From positions 124,001-188,000 of the forward strand of contig JAPMXV010000043.1 of NCBI GenBank assembly GCA_026936335.1: a DNA stretch of 64,000 bases, given 5' to 3'. The notes under the pieces were generated by a model. That model was not told the origin of the DNA. It made no database searches and was given only the letters and a program-made list of their open reading frames with translations. A program made the translations under genes and the position numbers. Positions 61,061 to 64,000 of this stretch are shown piece by piece; positions within the stretch are counted from its first letter, which is position 1, and each line of letters starts with the position of its first letter. The stretch comes from Mantamonas sphyraenae STR306 (lineage: Eukaryota; Protista; CRuMs).

Positions 61061-64000
61061 TCACGCTTCTTCCACAGGTGGCGGTGGTGGTTCTTCCTCA
61101 TCGCTCATGTCGCTGTCACTCAGCCCAACATGCTCTGGAGGCGGTGGAGGAAGTCCCTCTGGATCGTCGGAATCCGTGGCCTCTTCGCTCGAGTCTTCCT
61201 CACCCGTGCCATCCACGACCTCTTCGACGACCAGTGTGGGCACCATCGTTGACATTTCTTCCTCGTCCTCTCCTTCCTTCTCGTCGTCATCCTCGTCGTC
61301 CAGGGGCACAATCTCCACCATCTCCACTCCGGCTGGACCTTTGCGCACAAACTCCTCTGTGTGCTTCTCCTTCTTCCCACCGTCGCCAGCATCTGTGCGC
61401 GTAAACAGATTGGTCAACTTGGACAGGGGTGACCGCAGCGGCGTCGTAGACTTGGTCGGCTTGTCGGTCCCCGACGCATCTGTGTCTACCGTCAGCCCAT
61501 TGTGATCCGCCATCAATCCCACTCGCTGTTCGTCGACCTCTTCTCCGTTCAGCAGCCGCTTGATCTTTTCTAGCTTGGACGGGGTGAGAGAGGTGGTCTG
61601 GAGAACGACGGAAGCGGCCACGGCCTGATTCTGCTTGCGGACCATCATGGCGGGCGACATGGTTTGTCGCGCCTTGCTGCCCAGTCCGCGTCGTGCATAC
61701 TTGTCGCTGGCGCCTTCGTCGTCCGTCTTCTTCTTCTTTGTTCTGCCTGCGGCACCGTCGCTGTAGATGGTGGAGGCCTGGGCGAGCACACGGATGGCTT
61801 CGGGATTGAGCTTGACGGTTCCTTTGCTATCCTTGGCCTGCACGGTCGCACTGGGCACTACTGCATCTGTGGTGTTGCTAGATGTGCTCTCTGACGACTC
61901 GCGACTCGCATCGTCAACGCCACTGCCGAGTTGAGCTGTTTCGGGCGAGGATAGGTCTTGCATCTCGATGGCCAGTCTGCGGTTGGCCTCGATCTTCCTC
62001 AGACGCAGTTGCAGGGTTTTGGCATTGCTGGCCGTCACAATCTGAGCCCGTTTGGCTGTCGCCGAGTGGAAGATGCTCACGGCCACCGCAACCAGGTTGA
62101 AAACCATGGCAGTTACGGCAAAGGTGGTGATCACCGTAATCGCCGTGTTTTGGTCCACGGTGGACGAAGCAAACTTGTCAGAAAGGAACAGGAGGCCTGT
62201 CAGCACCAACAGGAGAGTCGACGAAAGAGCAGCCACTTCCATGCTGTTTTCATGGGCTCTCTTGTACGGTTTGTGAAAGATCTGCAGCTCCAAACTCGCG
62301 AGGAGCACCGCAAACGCGACGGTCGCTTGTAGGATCGGTTGACGCAACACCACCCTCGACAGGACGACGCTGAGCTTTCTGATGAGACCTGTGAGAGACC
62401 AGTACCACTTTGAAGGATTGAACGGCATGTACAACGAACCTGCCCTTACCTCCGCGTATGGCGTCTGCAACGCCGAGGACAGCTTGTACAGCTCCCAGTA
62501 CAGAAACGCCGGGATCCCAAGCCCATATCCCACCCCTGCCAACACTGCCACCCACACTCTGCCCAACCACTCCTCCTCATAGCACATAATCGTTGGCGCG
62601 GCATCCAGCACCAACCCACCCCCTCCATCATCGCTGCACACAAACACCTCCAGCGCAGCCGGCACCACCAACGCGTAGCTGAGCCCGAGGAACACCAGCA
62701 TGGCGTTCCACGTGATGTTCATGGCGTCGCGCCACACCTCCTTCCTGCCCCTGTTCACGTTCTCCTCCGCGGACAAATCCTCCCTGGGCATCAGTACCAA
62801 CCCGTTCACGCCACGATACACACTCTCTGGATCATGCGCTTCATCCGGGTACATCTCCCTCCTCTTCTTGAACCTCCTGATCGCCGCCAACTCATACAGG
62901 TACACCGCCACTTGCGTCACCATCAACAACCCCACCACAACCACCGGCAACGCCAGCTTGGCATACCACTTGCTCCAATACGTCAGCGGCAGCGCACACT
63001 CGGGCGAGGTCAACTCCACGTTGAACACAAAGAGTGAAAAGACGTTGAACACCCACAGCACCTCCCTCGGCCAGTTCAGCGAGAATCCGCTAAACAGTGC
63101 CATCAGCTGCATGTTGTTCATCGCAATGCCCATCATCGAGTACGACCGCGACTTTTGCCCGTAGCTCCTCAGCCCCACGCAGAACACCACCAGCGCCATT
63201 GCCATCAGCGCCACAATCCAGTTGGAATTGTCCGGGCACGGCTCGCACTTGCCGCTCAGCTTGTAGAACCGCGTTTCGCACTCTGCACACAGTCGACCCG
63301 TGTATCCTGTTGCACACGTCAGCTGCCCACCACCCGGACACGCTTCTGGGTTCGCGCATTTCAGAAACTGGTCCGGATTCTCCGGGGACGCCCAGAAGCC
63401 CGCCCGAGCAATCGGACGCGCATCCAGCCCGGCGCATGTCGCACCCGCAGGGCACGCCTTGCATCCCGTCGCGCTGCGGTCGTAATACTGTTCCTTGCAC
63501 ACACAATCGAGCACCGACCGCGCCTCTGACGGCGACGTCTGGCTAGCCGGATCCGGGCACGTCACGCACGCCAGCTCGTTGGCCACACTCGCGTACGTCC
63601 CGCGCACGCATGGATCACACGCAAACTCGCTCGGACGCGCCTGCCCTAATGGGCAGTTGGCCAGCACACGCACCACTTGCTCCGCCCAAAGATGTTTCGT
63701 GCTCGCGTCACCGACAAAATACAGCACCTGCAGGGCAAACTCTCCTGCATAGGGTGACTTGTAGCGCAGCCTAAACCGTCCTGGTTCAGGCTCCGGCGAC
63801 GGGTCCTCCGCCGCCACCAGCCGCGGCGCATTCGCCACACGTTCTGTCAGACGACCGCGAAACGACAGTGCGCTGTGATCGATGTGGTTGTCGTGTGCGT
63901 CCCGCGCCTGCAGAAACACTGTTGCAAACTGCTCCTGCAGCTGCGTCACGTTCAGCCCGTCGCCCCACGCCAGTGTTTTGGTTGCAACCGCCGCTCCGGA
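61061..64000 (-). CDS. Receptor-like protein: filamin/Ig-like domain + Cys-rich repeats + multi-TM domain + acidic tail; 5' end outside the window
   Basis: VFLQARDAHDN...GRFRLRYKSPYAGEFALQV (filamin-type Ig), CDPCVRGTY, CATGYTGRLCAEC, TM region with FNVELTSPEC and WYWSLTGLIRKL. Same C-terminal architecture as the adjacent gene. Confidence 0.82.
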   Translation of the reverse strand, partial: SGAAVATKTLAWGDGLNVTQLQEQFATVFLQARDAHDNHIDHSALSFRGRLTERVANAPRLVAAEDPSPEPEPGRFRLRYKSPYAGEFALQVLYFVGDASTKHLWAEQVVRVLANCPLGQARPSEFACDPCVRGTYASVANELACVTCPDPASQTSPSEARSVLDCVCKEQYYDRSATGCKACPAGATCAGLDARPIARAGFWASPENPDQFLKCANPEACPGGGQLTCATGYTGRLCAECETRFYKLSGKCEPCPDNSNWIVALMAMALVVFCVGLRSYGQKSRSYSMMGIAMNNMQLMALFSGFSLNWPREVLWVFNVFSLFVFNVELTSPECALPLTYWSKWYAKLALPVVVVGLLMVTQVAVYLYELAAIRRFKKRREMYPDEAHDPESVYRGVNGLVLMPREDLSAEENVNRGRKEVWRDAMNITWNAMLVFLGLSYALVVPAALEVFVCSDDGGGGLVLDAAPTIMCYEEEWLGRVWVAVLAGVGYGLGIPAFLYWELYKLSSALQTPYAEVRAGSLYMPFNPSKWYWSLTGLIRKLSVVLSRVVLRQPILQATVAFAVLLASLELQIFHKPYKRAHENSMEVAALSSTLLLVLTGLLFLSDKFASSTVDQNTAITVITTFAVTAMVFNLVAVAVSIFHSATAKRAQIVTASNAKTLQLRLRKIEANRRLAIEMQDLSSPETAQLGSGVDDASRESSESTSSNTTDAVVPSATVQAKDSKGTVKLNPEAIRVLAQASTIYSDGAAGRTKKKKTDDEGASDKYARRGLGSKARQTMSPAMMVRKQNQAVAASVVLQTTSLTPSKLEKIKRLLNGEEVDEQRVGLMADHNGLTVDTDASGTDKPTKSTTPLRSPLSKLTNLFTRTDAGDGGKKEKHTEEFVRKGPAGVEMVEIVPLDDEDDDEKEGEDEEEMSTMVPTLVVEEVVDGTGEEDSSEEATDSDDPEGLPPPPPEHVGLSDSDMSDEEEPPPPPVEEA

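Noticed and set aside
1-64000. tRNA or rRNA genes
   Set aside because: No cloverleaf or rRNA signature recognised by eye; tRNAscan-SE or Infernal would be needed to exclude them.

Overview
Gene-dense, GC-rich eukaryotic nuclear DNA with short GT-AG introns (CTGAC/CTCAC branch points) and very short intergenic spacers. It is probably from a flagellated unicellular protist, since it carries Rab28 and a CEP164-type domain; I cannot name the taxon. About 20 host genes are recognisable: SPX-ankyrin-CBM20-GDPD, Vps20, Rab28, CEP164-WW/LRR, PCGF, Treslin, a Rab-like GTPase, mitochondrial uL24, Mad1, a scramblase-like protein, an LRR-ankyrin-TM protein, Mus81, Cdc20, La, VIT-vWA, Nol6/Utp22 and two Cys-rich multi-TM receptors, one with tandem PstS domains. 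The main find is a ~8.7 kb insertion (about 48282-56968) between the convergent NOL6 and PstS-receptor genes. It carries (i) an intact DD34E IS630/Tc1-mariner transposase, (ii) a spliced, indel-interrupted gene that reconstructs to a ~1,800-aa protein with an N-terminal USP-type (peptidase C19) deubiquitinase domain and a C-terminal TnpB/Fanzor RuvC nuclease with D-E-D intact, and (iii) a five-hairpin, pseudoknot-capable non-coding region at the right end that looks like an omegaRNA scaffold. Candidate TA duplications flank it. All assignments come from motif recognition by eye; no searches were run.
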